Below, piece after piece: positions 19,801 to 29,144 of a DNA stretch of 64,000 nt (positions within the stretch are counted from its first letter, which is position 1; every line of letters begins with the position of its first letter). The notes under the pieces were generated by a model. It was not told the DNA's origin. It saw only the letters and a list, made by a program, of their open reading frames with translations, and did not search any database. Origin of the DNA: Candidatus Multivorans sp. (GTDB taxonomy: Bacteria > Acidobacteriota > Thermoanaerobaculia > Multivoradales > Multivoraceae); contig OZ251997.1 of assembly GCA_965247095.1 (NCBI GenBank), positions 3,840,001-3,904,000 of the forward strand, given 5' to 3'. Made by a program: the position numbers and the translations under genes.

Positions 19801-20383
19801 GCACCCGCAGGTAGTCATCGCTTGCCCGCCCTCGGTCGCCGTCCGCAAGCGCCTCGGCGCCGCTCAGGAGCAGGACGACCAAGTTGTCGGGCCGCAGGCG
19901 CCGCAGCCGGTCCACCGCGTCCCGCCGATCGGCTTCGGCCTCGTCACCGGTCATGATCTCGGCGTGCCGGAAGAGCGCGTACTGCGTCTCGGGATCGTCG
20001 GGCGCTGCGCGGGCGGCGCGGCGATAGTCCGCGAGCGCATCCTCGTTGCGGCCGTTCGTCCATCGCAGGATTTCGGCGCGGATGAGCAGCAGGTCGGCCC
20101 GGTCGCCGCCCAGTTCCAGGGCCCGGTCGATCGCCGCCAGCGCCTGCTCGTGCCGGTCCTGTCGCAGCAGGGCTACGCTCAAGTTGGCGTGGCCGAGGGG
20201 TTCCTCCGGCAGCAGTTCGATCAGCCGCCGATAGGTGGTTTCGGCTTCCGTCGCCTGCTCGTTCTCGAGTTGGGCGTAGCCGAGGTTTCGCAGGCGCACC
20301 ATCTCTTCGGACGGTTGAGCGCACGCGGCTGCGGCGGCGGCGAGCGCGGCGAGAACGAGAACGGCTGGGAGTTTGCGGAGCAT
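16829..20383 (-). CDS. TPR + FG-GAP repeat + ASPIC/UnbV (CRTAC1-like) exported protein
   Basis: N-terminal TPRs; many DxDxDGDxDL repeats; NNWLRVRLVG...HIGLG...VVWANG...KGSCPFLYTWDG. Confidence 0.85.
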   Translation of the reverse strand: MLRKLPAVLVLAALAAAAAACAQPSEEMVRLRNLGYAQLENEQATEAETTYRRLIELLPEEPLGHANLSVALLRQDRHEQALAAIDRALELGGDRADLLLIRAEILRWTNGRNEDALADYRRAARAAPDDPETQYALFRHAEIMTGDEAEADRRDAVDRLRRLRPDNLVVLLLSGAEALADGDRGRASDDYLRVRELIWQARPIAERVLGEVLDALEADDMERARRFAPRIKNVLLETPGWHSSLAEVYTNIRGIPVERFEDEEPGEDFGPASPARFRATRIDNAPTSGRALEVADFDGDDRPDMARVASARGPDGAGARLELRRAATGYATPGAAPETGAQVLVVGDADNDRRLDLISVGDPLAVWQVDDTPRFGDASDRFLPGSLAATAADLIDFDSDGDLDLAVARADGVPDLLRNVSGEKVFEGPLEALGRQALPEVEARRYHHLQATDADRDGDTDLLLAHDEGVLWLDNLRQGRFAERTPPAPSRGLLGRLISLVSADEPAASALTTGAPVRVVRTADLDRDGVPEFLLAGDSTVILKRNEDGAVAPFPLSPGSAALPEGATDLAVLDADNDGRLDLALVAEGELRVLTQTSDSGPEALDFRLARVTGLPRDPQFVAVRASDLDEDGDQDLVAAGGTGLYRIENLDGSENNWLRVRLVGLDVASQKNNVFGRGTTIEVRSGRAYQYFEVDREVTHIGLGNRRQADLIRVVWANGVPQNRLAPGRNQTIVEEQVLKGSCPFLYTWDGDKITFVTDLLWGAPLGMPLADGVWNGYDPDELVRVDGAAPRDGFYDLRITEELWEAAYFDRARLWVVDHRDDVSVASNLRIVPGQGHVDRPPDAVVASAGIRPVVHATDGRGRDVTGRVRARDEVYADGYERSRYQGHAAEPWAFTFDLGEAPGKPVRLWLDGWVFPADASLNLAIAQAVEHGDLQMVMTRLEVETADGWRPLLDPMGFPPGKTKTMIVDTPPLPTGATRLRIVTTRWLHWDKVAWSTDMGGTGGADVVVQARLDTATAELAYRGFSTQTRPAPNGPHLFDYQRTSTESPWLPFPGRYTRFGDVRELLTAVDDRQVVIGPGDEIRLRFDARGLKPPKPGYTRTVFLESFGWDKDADRNTWKADSNLPLPFQAMSGYPTAPGESYPRTPELDAYRERWLTRVVGPESPFQGATAFGRAVSARP

Positions 20384-20517
20384 GGCTTGTAGCGGCCTGT
20401 GCGGTCTGTGGCGGCGCAATGCTACGCCTCCTGTGTTTTTCCGGCGCCTGGTTCACGGGCGTCTCGCCCGCATTCGGCGGGGACGGAGCCGGGACGGCAA
20501 CTAGAGTAGTCGCCGCC

Positions 20518-23199
20518 GTGACCGCCAAGCGCCTCTTTCTGATCGACGGGTACTCCACGATCTTCCGGGCCTTCTACGCGATCCGGGGATTGTCGACCTC
20601 CGCGGGCGAGCCGACCAACGCGATCTACGGCTTCATCAACATCCTGCGCAAGCTGCTGCGCGACGAGGAACCGCCGCTCCTCGGCATCGCCCTCGACGTC
20701 GGGCGCGCCACGGTGCGTACGGAGGCCTACGCCGAGTACAAGGCGAACCGGGCGCCGATGCCGGAGGACCTGAAGGCGCAGATGCCGGCGATCCGCCGGG
20801 CGATCGAGGCCTTCCGCATCCCGATCCTCGAGCTGGAGCGCTACGAGGCCGACGATGTGCTCGGCACCCTGGGCAAGAAGGCGGAGGAGGCGGGCTACGA
20901 CGTCACCATCGTCAGCGCCGACAAGGACCTGTTCCAACTGGTGAGCGACCGGGTGTCGATGCTCCACACCGGCCGCGAGAAGATCTATGACCCGGCCATG
21001 GTCGAGCAGGACTTCGGCGTACCGCCGGGGCAGGTGGTCGATGTCCTCGCCCTGGTCGGCGACCCGGTGGACAACGTGCCCGGGGTGCCGGGGATCGGCG
21101 CCAAGGGTGCGCAGACCCTGGTGCGCGAGTACGGGACCGTCGAGGCTCTTCTGGAGGCGGCGCCCGAGCTCAAGCGCAAGGCGTACCGCGAGGGACTTCA
21201 GGAACACGCGGAAAAGGCCGTGCTGTCGAAGGAGCTGGTCACGATCCACACGGATCTCGATGTCCCCTTCGATCCCGAGGCACTCACGATGGAGGCGCCG
21301 GACTACGAGGCGCTGGCGGAGTTGTGCCGGGAGTTCGAGTTCTGGAGCCTGCTCAAGGAGCTCGAGGGCGAGAGCGGCGGCCCGGAGATCGAGCCGGCCA
21401 TCGTTCTTCAGACCGTCGAGGCGTTCGAGGAGGCGGCGTCGGACCGGTGTTCCCGGATCGCGGTCGGCGTGGTCTTCCGGCGCGGTGGCGTGCCGGTGGG
21501 GCTGTCGTTTGCGCCGGTCGCGGGCAAGGCTGACGGGGAGGGTGAAGGGGCCGCGGAGATCGGCCGGGCCTGCTTCGCGGACTTCGGGCGTCCCGGCCTG
21601 CGGGAAGCCGTGGCGGCGAAGCTGCGGGCGTGGCTCGCCGACCCCGCCCTCGAGCTGATCGGGCACGACCTGAAGGAAGTCGTCCGCCTCTGTCCGCACC
21701 GGGAGGGCCGGCCGAGGGTCGCCGCGCGCCTGGTCGACACGATGCTGATGGCCTACCTCGTCCACTCCGCGGTGCGCAGCTTTGGGCTGGCGACGGTTGC
21801 CTTAGACCGCCTTTTCTACAAGGCCACGACGCCGGCGGACGCAGGGTTGGGCGATCAGACGGCGGCTCTCGGCGACGACACCGGTCTCGGCGTGTACGCG
21901 GCCGAACAGGCGGTGCTGCCCGCTCTGATCCTCGAGGCGCTTGCTCCGCAGTGGGAGGAGACGCCGGGGGCGCGTGAGGTCTACGAACAGGTCGAGGCGC
22001 CCCTGCTGCCGGTGCTCGCGGCGATGGAGGAGGAGGGCATCGAACTCGACAGCGGCGTTCTGTCCGACATGTCGCGCCGCCTCGAACTCGACGCCGGCGA
22101 CCTGGCGGAGGAGATCTTCGACCTCGCCGAGGAGCGGTTCAACATCCTGTCGCCGCAGCAGCTCGGCGTCATCCTGTTCGAGAAGCTGGGGCTCCCGGTG
22201 CTCGGCCGCACCCGCAAGACGAAGAAGTACTCGACCGGCGCCGACGTCCTGGAGCAGCTCGCGCAGCGCGGCCACGACCTGCCGGCGAAGGTGCTGCACT
22301 ACCGCGAGCTGACCAAGCTCAAGTCGACCTACGTCGACGCGCTGCCGGATCTGGTCGCAGACGACGGCCGCCTCCACACCCGCTACCACCAGGCGGTGGC
22401 GGCCACCGGCCGGCTGTCCTCGCACGACCCGAACCTGCAGAACATTCCCATCCGCACCGACCTTGGGCGCGAGGTGCGCCGCGCCTTCCGCGCCCGCGAC
22501 GGCTACCAGCTCCTGGTGGCCGACTACAGCCAGATCGAGCTGCGGGTGCTCGCGCACATCTCGGGCGACGAGACGTTGACCTCTGCGTTTCGTCGCGGCG
22601 ACGACATCCACCGCTCGACCGCGGCCACGGTGTTCGGCGTGTCGCCGGCCCTGGTCACCGACGAGCAGCGGCGGGCCTCCAAGACGATCAACTTCGGGAT
22701 CATCTACGGCATGAGCGCCTTCGGCCTCGCCCGCGCCCTGGGCATCGCGCGCGGCGAAGCCCAGAAGTTCATCGACGCCTACTTCGAGCGGTTTCCCGGC
22801 GTGCGCACCTACACCGAGCAGACGCTGGCGCAGGCCGAGGAGGAGTTGCGCGTCGAGACGCTCTACGGCCGGGTCCGCTACCTCCCGGACATCAAGAGCC
22901 GCAACCGCGCGGTGCGGGAGAACACGCGCCGGATGGCCGTCAACGCCCGCATCCAGGGCACGGCCGCGGACCTGTTGAAGCTGGCCATGATCGCCGTCGA
23001 CCGCCGGCTGCGCGCGGAACTCGAAGCCGCGCGGCTGCTCTTGACCGTCCACGACGAACTCGTGCTCGAGGCGCCCGCCGGCGCCATCGACGACGTCGCC
23101 GGAGTAGTCAGGGAAGAGATGGAGGGAGTCGCCGACCTGAGCGTGCCCCTGGTCGTCGATGTCGGCACCGGCCCCGACTGGTACGACGCGAAGGCGTAG
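20518..23199 (+). CDS. polA: DNA polymerase I
   Basis: LFLIDG...RAFYA, YEADD, SADKD, TGRLSS.DPNLQNIP, ADYSQIELR, KTINFGIIYG, VHDELV. Confidence 0.97.
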   Translation: MTAKRLFLIDGYSTIFRAFYAIRGLSTSAGEPTNAIYGFINILRKLLRDEEPPLLGIALDVGRATVRTEAYAEYKANRAPMPEDLKAQMPAIRRAIEAFRIPILELERYEADDVLGTLGKKAEEAGYDVTIVSADKDLFQLVSDRVSMLHTGREKIYDPAMVEQDFGVPPGQVVDVLALVGDPVDNVPGVPGIGAKGAQTLVREYGTVEALLEAAPELKRKAYREGLQEHAEKAVLSKELVTIHTDLDVPFDPEALTMEAPDYEALAELCREFEFWSLLKELEGESGGPEIEPAIVLQTVEAFEEAASDRCSRIAVGVVFRRGGVPVGLSFAPVAGKADGEGEGAAEIGRACFADFGRPGLREAVAAKLRAWLADPALELIGHDLKEVVRLCPHREGRPRVAARLVDTMLMAYLVHSAVRSFGLATVALDRLFYKATTPADAGLGDQTAALGDDTGLGVYAAEQAVLPALILEALAPQWEETPGAREVYEQVEAPLLPVLAAMEEEGIELDSGVLSDMSRRLELDAGDLAEEIFDLAEERFNILSPQQLGVILFEKLGLPVLGRTRKTKKYSTGADVLEQLAQRGHDLPAKVLHYRELTKLKSTYVDALPDLVADDGRLHTRYHQAVAATGRLSSHDPNLQNIPIRTDLGREVRRAFRARDGYQLLVADYSQIELRVLAHISGDETLTSAFRRGDDIHRSTAATVFGVSPALVTDEQRRASKTINFGIIYGMSAFGLARALGIARGEAQKFIDAYFERFPGVRTYTEQTLAQAEEELRVETLYGRVRYLPDIKSRNRAVRENTRRMAVNARIQGTAADLLKLAMIAVDRRLRAELEAARLLLTVHDELVLEAPAGAIDDVAGVVREEMEGVADLSVPLVVDVGTGPDWYDAKA

Positions 23200-23210
23200 C
23201 CCTCGGAACC

Positions 23211-23304
23211 CGGGTGGCGCGATTTGCGCCACCCGTGAACCACTCCGTGCGCCCGTCATCGGGCGCACGGATGGAACGCGGGCGTCTCGCCCGCATCCGG
23301 CGCG
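23211..23304. repeat. Three tandem hairpins between convergent genes (terminator/REP cluster)
   Basis: Stems at 23211-23235 (10 bp) and 23244-23271 (12 bp), then REP-like GGAACGCGGGCGTCTCGCCCGCATCCGGCG. Confidence 0.7.
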
Positions 23305-23314
23305 GAAGCTCGCT

Positions 23315-24343
23315 CTACCCGCCCCTGAGCGCCGGGATCACCTGCTCGCCGTACGCCGCGAGCGTGCCTTCCTTGTCGTCGTGCATCAGGTAGACGGCGA
23401 AGTGGTCGACGCCCAGCGACTTCAGTTCCCGCAGCTTCTCGATGTGGGCTTCCGCCGGGCCGAGCACGCACAGGCGGTCGACGATGCCGTCGGGCACGAA
23501 CTCGGTGTCCGGGTTGCCGCTGCGGCCGTGGTGCGAGTAGTCGTACCCCTGACGCTGGCGAATGTACTCGGCGAGTGCGTGCGGGACCTTCGAGTCGTCC
23601 TCGCCGTAGCGCATGACCAGGTCGTGGATGTGGTTGCCCACCATGCCGCCGAACCAGCGCAACTGGTCGCGCTGATGCGCGAGGTCGTCGCCGACGTAGG
23701 CCGGCGCCACCACGCAGACCGTGATCGCGTCCGGATCGCGCCCCTCGTCCTCGGCCGCGTCCCGCACCGCCTGCAGTGTCCACTCCAGGATCTTCGGGTC
23801 GGCCAGTTGCAGCACGAAGCCGTCGGCGTGGCGGCCGACGACGTCGAGCGCCTTCGGACCGTAGGCAGCCACCCAGATCGGTAGTTCCGAGCCGGCCTCG
23901 CTCCGCCACGGGATGCTGACCGAAGTGCCACCCAAATCCGCCTCGCGCCCCGCGAACAGCGCCCGCATGACTCCCATCGCGTCGACCACGGCCGAAAGCG
24001 GCGCCGGTCGTCGGCCGATGTAGCGCAGCGCCGAATCGCCTCTGCCCATAGCGCAGGTCGTCCGCCCGGGGTACATCGAGTCCAGGGTGGCAAACAGCGA
24101 CCCGAGCACCGTCACGTCCCGGGTGCCCGGGTTCGTCACCATCGGGCCGACCGCCATCCGCTCCGTGCGTGCCAGGATCTGCGAGAAGATGACGAACGGC
24201 TCCGGCCACAGGACGTGGGAGTCAAACAGCCAGCAGTGCTCGAAGCCGCGGCTCTCGGCCATGACTGCAAGTTCGACGACGCGGTCAATCGGCGGGTCGG
24301 GTTGGAGGACCAGGCCGAAGGACATCCGGTCGATGGTGGTCAT
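23315..24343 (-). CDS. LLM-class (probably F420-dependent, TIGR03842-like) oxidoreductase
   Basis: FGLVLQPDPP, WLFDSHVLWPEP, VGPMVTNP.TRD, GRGDSA, AAYGPKAL, RWFGGMVGNH. Confidence 0.88.
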   Translation of the reverse strand: MTTIDRMSFGLVLQPDPPIDRVVELAVMAESRGFEHCWLFDSHVLWPEPFVIFSQILARTERMAVGPMVTNPGTRDVTVLGSLFATLDSMYPGRTTCAMGRGDSALRYIGRRPAPLSAVVDAMGVMRALFAGREADLGGTSVSIPWRSEAGSELPIWVAAYGPKALDVVGRHADGFVLQLADPKILEWTLQAVRDAAEDEGRDPDAITVCVVAPAYVGDDLAHQRDQLRWFGGMVGNHIHDLVMRYGEDDSKVPHALAEYIRQRQGYDYSHHGRSGNPDTEFVPDGIVDRLCVLGPAEAHIEKLRELKSLGVDHFAVYLMHDDKEGTLAAYGEQVIPALRGG

Positions 24344-24389
24344 GGCCTTGCTCCCTCCATTGGGGCAGGTTAGCAGCCGGCATGGTGCT

Positions 24390-26366
24390 CTAGTCCGAAG
24401 TTCTGAGCTTCAAGTCGTGAAATCGCCTGTAGTGGTGGGCGTTTTCAGTTGTTCGGCGGTGTCTTGTACTGGGTACGTCGACTTCAGGGGCGGATGCCGA
24501 GTAGTTTGAAGGCTTCGTTCTGGAGTGGAGTGGGCCGTGCGAGGACGTCGGCGGTGGAGTCGGCCTTGCCGTGCATCCGCACGCGGTTTCGGGTCAGCGT
24601 GGCCAGGTCGGCGAGCAAGGTCTGGAAGCTGTGGACGGGGAGTCCGTCGGGGGTCCTCCGGGAGTTGGCCTTGGTCATTGCCTCGTGCGACCTTCGCGCG
24701 GGATCGACGGGCGACTCGCGTTGGTCGTCGCGGCGTTGGTCGTCGAAGAGGAGGGGCGCCAGGGTCCGGCGCATGTGCCACTCGACGTAGTAGGCGAGCA
24801 TGCAGAGGAAGACGTGGGCGCGTACCCTCGAGGCTAGGCGATGGTGGACGGGGCGCACTTTGAGGTCGACGCTCTTGTAGGAGCGGAAGGCGCGTTCGAC
24901 GCGGCTGAGGCTCTTGTAGGCGCGGACCGCATCGGCTGCCGGCAGTTCGTCTTCGGGGACGTTGGTGCGGATGACGTAGAAGCCGTCGAGAGCGGCTTCC
25001 TCGGCGATGCGCGCCTCGTTGCGGCGGTATTGGAAGCCGTCCTCTTCGATCTCGACCTCGAAGTGCTTGCCGGCCTTGTAGGCGCCCAGGGCGCGGTCCG
25101 CGCGCACGGCGATGGCGTCCTTGCCGCGCAGGGGGTTCTTCTTGCGCCGCGTCGCCGCAACGACGGCGTCGAGCTTGCGCTCGGTGGATTCGAGAAGCTC
25201 CTGGCGCTTGCGGCCGCGTTCCTCCGCCAGAAGCGGGTTCCGGCACACCACGAGGCGCTCCTTGGGGTACAGCTCCGGGACGCTGATCTCGGCCATCTTC
25301 CGCTGGTCGAAGAGCGACAGTTGCAGGTGGCCTTCCTGGGCCAGCGTCCTGATCGCCGGCGCGCGCAGGGCGCTGATCCAGGACAGGCCCGCGGGGTCGA
25401 GGTCCTCGCGGATGCGCGCGTCGGTGATCAGGCCCCGGTCTGAGACCATCACGATCCTCTCCAGCGAGAAGCGGTCGCGGAGCTTCTGCACCTGGGCGTT
25501 CAGGGTCGTCGGATCGGCCGTGTTGCCCTCGAATACCTCGACCGCGACCGGGCATCCGTCCCGGCTGCAGAGCAGGCCGAAGACGATCTGGACCTTGCCT
25601 CTCTTCTTGTCCCTGGAGTAGCCGTGCCTGGCCAGCGTGCACTTCCTGCCCTCAAAGTAGACCGAGGTCACGTCGTAAAGCACCAGCGAGCCGTCTTCCA
25701 GATGCCGCCGGGCAAGAGTCCGCTCGATGCGCGGCTGTCTTTCGAGCAGCCAGTCCATGGCGCCGTAGAGTTCGTCGGCCGAGGCCTCCTGCACGCCGAG
25801 TTCCTCGCCGAGGGTGTGGCTCATGGTCTCGCTCGCGAGTCCGCGGGCGGTGGCGAGCTTGGATCGCGGCTCGAGGATGCGGGCCGCGATCATGGCCAGC
25901 GCCAGTGCCCGTTCGCGCGAGGGCCGTCGGTCGAGGAGTCGTTCGATGCCGAGGCTTCGGGCCACGCCGAGGACGGCGGCGACATGGCCGTGCGGTCTGG
26001 CGCGCAGGATTTCGAAGGCGGCCTCGAGCGAAGGCAGGGCGACTCCTCCCTTGAGCAGGGTTCTGAGTCCTTCGACGAGTTGGTCGGGCCACTTGGAGAG
26101 GTTGGCGAGAGTGCGTTTCTTGACCTTTCCGTCCTGTCGGTAGGACTCTCTCAGCAGGACGGCGGGTGGTGAGTTTCGGTTGGGTACCCGTTCGATGTAC
26201 ATGGCTTCTCATTGTAGACGCAACCATTCAGACTGTCTACATGCCACGAGATCCTTACATGGCTACCACTGGCAGAAAACAGGGGCGGCCCAACACCCGA
26301 AAACCCAAGCACTGCAACGCCTCTCGACGACGAGGAGGCCCCAGGAGCCTCAGAACTTCGGTCTAG
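24390..26366 (-). mobile_element. IS1634-family element
   Basis: IRs CTAGTCCGAAGTTCTGAG and (reverse complement) CTAGACCGAAGTTCTGAG; CTAG/TA at both ends may be the duplicated target. Confidence 0.88.
24484..26202 (-). CDS. IS1634-family transposase
   Basis: LLRESYRQDGKVKKRTLANLS, LYDVTSVYFEG, HGYSRD, VSDRG, YKSLSRVERAFR. Confidence 0.93.
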   Translation of the reverse strand: MYIERVPNRNSPPAVLLRESYRQDGKVKKRTLANLSKWPDQLVEGLRTLLKGGVALPSLEAAFEILRARPHGHVAAVLGVARSLGIERLLDRRPSRERALALAMIAARILEPRSKLATARGLASETMSHTLGEELGVQEASADELYGAMDWLLERQPRIERTLARRHLEDGSLVLYDVTSVYFEGRKCTLARHGYSRDKKRGKVQIVFGLLCSRDGCPVAVEVFEGNTADPTTLNAQVQKLRDRFSLERIVMVSDRGLITDARIREDLDPAGLSWISALRAPAIRTLAQEGHLQLSLFDQRKMAEISVPELYPKERLVVCRNPLLAEERGRKRQELLESTERKLDAVVAATRRKKNPLRGKDAIAVRADRALGAYKAGKHFEVEIEEDGFQYRRNEARIAEEAALDGFYVIRTNVPEDELPAADAVRAYKSLSRVERAFRSYKSVDLKVRPVHHRLASRVRAHVFLCMLAYYVEWHMRRTLAPLLFDDQRRDDQRESPVDPARRSHEAMTKANSRRTPDGLPVHSFQTLLADLATLTRNRVRMHGKADSTADVLARPTPLQNEAFKLLGIRP

Positions 26367-26428
26367 TGTGCCACGATGGACAGGGTCGCCGGTGGCGCGG
26401 CCGGCCGGGCATGCGAAGTGAGGGCGAT

Positions 26429-27547
26429 ATGCGGATTGGCATTCCCACGGAGATCAAGACGGACGAGCACCGGGTCGCGATTACACCGTCCGGCGTTGGC
26501 GCGTTCGTGGCGCGCGGCCACGAGGTGGCGATTCAAGCCGGCGCGGGCGTGGGCAGCGCGATCCCGGACGACGCGTTCCGGCGGGCGGGCGCTTCGGTGG
26601 TCGAGGGGGCCGATGCGGTCTGGGCACAGTCCGAGATGATCCTCAAGGTCAAGGAGCCGCTCGAACCGGAGTTCGAGTTCATGCGCCGCGGGCAGATCCT
26701 CTTCACGTATCTCCACCTGGCCGCGTCGGAGGAGTTGACTGCGCGGCTGCTCGAACGGCGGGTCGTGGGCATCGGCTACGAGACGGTGCAGCTCGCGGAC
26801 GGCGTTCTGCCGCTGCTGGCGCCGATGTCGGAGGTGGCCGGGCGGCTGTCGATTCAGGCCGGCGCCGCGTCGCTCGAGCGGCTGGCCGGCGGCAAGGGGC
26901 TGCTGCTGCCCGGGGTCACCGGCGTGCGCCGGGGACGGGTCACGATCATCGGCGCCGGTGTCGTGGGGTTGAACGCCTGTGTGGTCGGCGTCGGCTTCGG
27001 CGCCGACGTCACGATCCTCGACATCGATCCCCGGCGGCTGAGCTATGTGCGCGACGTGGTCCAGGGCCACGTGACGACGCTGATGTCGAACGACGCGAAC
27101 ATCGAGGGCGCGGTGGCTTCGGCCGATCTCGTCGTCTGCTCCGTGCTGATTCCGGGCGCCCGCACGCCGCGCCTGGTTACCCGCGCCCACCTGGCGCGGA
27201 TGGAGCCGGGGTCGGCGCTGGTGGACGTGGCGGTCGACCAGGGCGGTTGCGCCGAGACAAGCCGCCCGACCACCCACCGCGATCCGCGCTACGTCGAAGA
27301 AGGGGTGATCCACTACTGCGTCTCGAACATGCCCGGCGCCGTCCCCCACACCTCAACCTACGCGCTAACCAACGCGACGATGACCTATGCCTTGGAGATC
27401 GCCGACCGCGGCTGGCGAGCGGCGGCGGAACGCGACCCGGCCCTCGCCGCCGGCGTCAACGTCGTCGAGGGACAGGTGACCCACCAGGCGGTCGCCGCCG
27501 CCCACGGCCTCGACTGGTCGCCCCTCGAAGGACGGGGCGGAGGCTGA
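26429..27547 (+). CDS. ald: Alanine dehydrogenase
   Basis: [64 protein letters not shown]. Confidence 0.95.
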   Translation: MRIGIPTEIKTDEHRVAITPSGVGAFVARGHEVAIQAGAGVGSAIPDDAFRRAGASVVEGADAVWAQSEMILKVKEPLEPEFEFMRRGQILFTYLHLAASEELTARLLERRVVGIGYETVQLADGVLPLLAPMSEVAGRLSIQAGAASLERLAGGKGLLLPGVTGVRRGRVTIIGAGVVGLNACVVGVGFGADVTILDIDPRRLSYVRDVVQGHVTTLMSNDANIEGAVASADLVVCSVLIPGARTPRLVTRAHLARMEPGSALVDVAVDQGGCAETSRPTTHRDPRYVEEGVIHYCVSNMPGAVPHTSTYALTNATMTYALEIADRGWRAAAERDPALAAGVNVVEGQVTHQAVAAAHGLDWSPLEGRGGG

Positions 27548-27568
27548 CGGGGGGGCGGCGACCGGCTC

Positions 27569-28243
27569 GGAACTGGTCTCCGCTGATGCGCCAGGTCGTC
27601 GCCGACGTAGGCTGGCGTCACCACGGAGACCGTGGTCGCGGCCTTCGTCCTCGGACGCGTCCCGTACCGCCTGCAGCGTCCACTCCAGGATCTTCGGATC
27701 GGCCAGTTGCAGCACGAAGCCGTCGGCATGACGGCCGCCCGTGTCGAGCGCCTTCGGGCCGTAGGCCGTGACCCAGATCGGTAGTTCCGAACCTGCGTCG
27801 TTTTGCCATGGGATGCTGACTGACGTGCCACCCCGATCGGCCTCACGGCCCGCGAACAGCGCCCGCATGACTCCCATCGCGTCGACCACGGCCGAAAGCG
27901 GCGCCGGCCGCCGGCCGATGTGGCGAAGCGCCGAATCGCCCCGGCCCATGGCGCACGCCGTGCGCCCCGGGTACATCGAGTCGAGCGTCGCGAACAACGA
28001 CGCGAGCACCGTCGTGTCGCGCGTGCCCAGGTTCGTCACCATCGGTCCGACGGCCATCCGCTCCGTGCTCGCCAGGATCTGCCAGAAGATGACGAACGCC
28101 TCCGGTCACAGTACGTGTGAGTCGAAGAGCCAGCAGTGGTCGAACCCGCGGCCCTTGGCCATGACCGCGAGTTCGACGACGCGCGAGATCGGCGGGTCGG
28201 GTTGGAGGACCACGCCGAAGGACATCTGGTCAACGTTTGCCTA
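27569..28243 (-). pseudogene. Degraded second copy of the LLM oxidoreductase at 23315-24343
   Basis: High nucleotide similarity to 23660-24330; TGG>TGA at 28106-28108, an ~11-bp frameshifting deletion near 27635, 3' third missing. Confidence 0.88.
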
Positions 28244-28603
28244 GTCGTGGTCCAACTGAGGCATACGAAGTCAGGCTAGCAGAGACGACGCTCTGGCCCC
28301 GTGCCGATCACTCAAGCACAGGACAGGCCTCTCTCAGCCTTCAACGGGCCTACCGAACCTAATGGTCGACCGCGATAGTGCGTCATCGTCTGGAGGAACC
28401 GAGAGACCGTCTCGGCGACGGAGAGAGTGGCCTCGAAGTCCCCCGGCAAGGCGGAACGACCACCTTCCCCGGAACTTCACGAGAAGGTCACGGAAGATTG
28501 CAGCCCGAGGCCGCCCCAGGGAATCGCAGTTGTAGTTCCCTTCGTGAAGAGCCACCCACTGCCGAGTTGAGAGTTGCCACTGGCGGCGGGCACGCGGTGG
28601 CGG

Positions 28604-28632
28604 TTGACGTTGAGCTGCCCAATGTCTATCTT
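28604..28632 (+). promoter_or_regulatory. Candidate sigma70 promoter for the KTSC-OLD-WYL operon
   Basis: TTGACG-N17-TATCTT. Confidence 0.5.
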
Positions 28633-28764
28633 GTGCTGTCCGTTGCGCGCCCCTCAACAGTTGAACCGCGAAACGCGCGTCACGGCCTACCGACTCTTGA
28701 AAACGCCTCGCCCCTCGTGTCCTTCGTAGCAGGGAGTCACGTCTGGCAGAGTAAGGAGCCTCCA

Positions 28765-28977
28765 ATGTGCCGAATCCCAGTCGTTTCCAGTAGTCTGTCT
28801 TCCGTGGGCTTTGACCCGATAGAGCGTACCTTGGAGATAGAGTTCCATGGAGGGCGTGTCTATCGCTACTTCGCCGTTCCAGTAGCGGAGTATGACGGTC
28901 TCATGCATTCCTCCTCGAAGGGCAAGTACTTCAACGTGAACATCAAATATCGATACCGTTTCTCTCGTGTCGAGTGA
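28765..28977 (+). CDS. Stand-alone KTSC domain protein (70 aa)
   Basis: RIPVVSSSLSSVGFDP..RTLEIEFHGGRVYRYFAVP...YDGLM.SSSKGKYFN.NIK; RBS AAGGAG. Confidence 0.92.
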   Translation: MCRIPVVSSSLSSVGFDPIERTLEIEFHGGRVYRYFAVPVAEYDGLMHSSSKGKYFNVNIKYRYRFSRVE

Positions 28978-29144
28978 ATTCGATGTTCATCTCTCAAGTC
29001 AGTGTCAGGAACTTTCGGTCGGTTCTGGACGAGACACTCTCCTGCGACCGTCTCACCGCACTCGTCGGTAGGAACGGCGCTGGGAAGTCGTCGTTCCTAC
29101 GAGCACTGGAGTTGTTCTACGATCCGTCGGCGACGGTGAGCGAT

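Noticed and set aside
16871-20392. 1173-aa plus-strand ORF (also 21..1466, 43039..46005, 38418..40982, 36356..38572, 29179..30396 and similar)
   Set aside because: Antisense shadows of well-supported genes, expected from high-GC codon bias; no recognisable motifs.
28106-28108. In-frame UGA in the second LLM copy as possible selenocysteine (selB is nearby)
   Set aside because: It aligns to Trp, not Cys, in the intact copy, and the gene also has a frameshifting deletion and a truncation.
28245-28760. Retron msr/msd-like ncRNA upstream of KTSC-OLD
   Set aside because: No reverse transcriptase in the window and no long a1/a2 inverted repeat; only a modest stem at ~28640-28685.
28378-28764. 129-aa N-terminal extension of the KTSC ORF in the track
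   Set aside because: A good RBS and ATG at 28765 and a promoter at 28604 lie inside the extension, which has no domain-like features.
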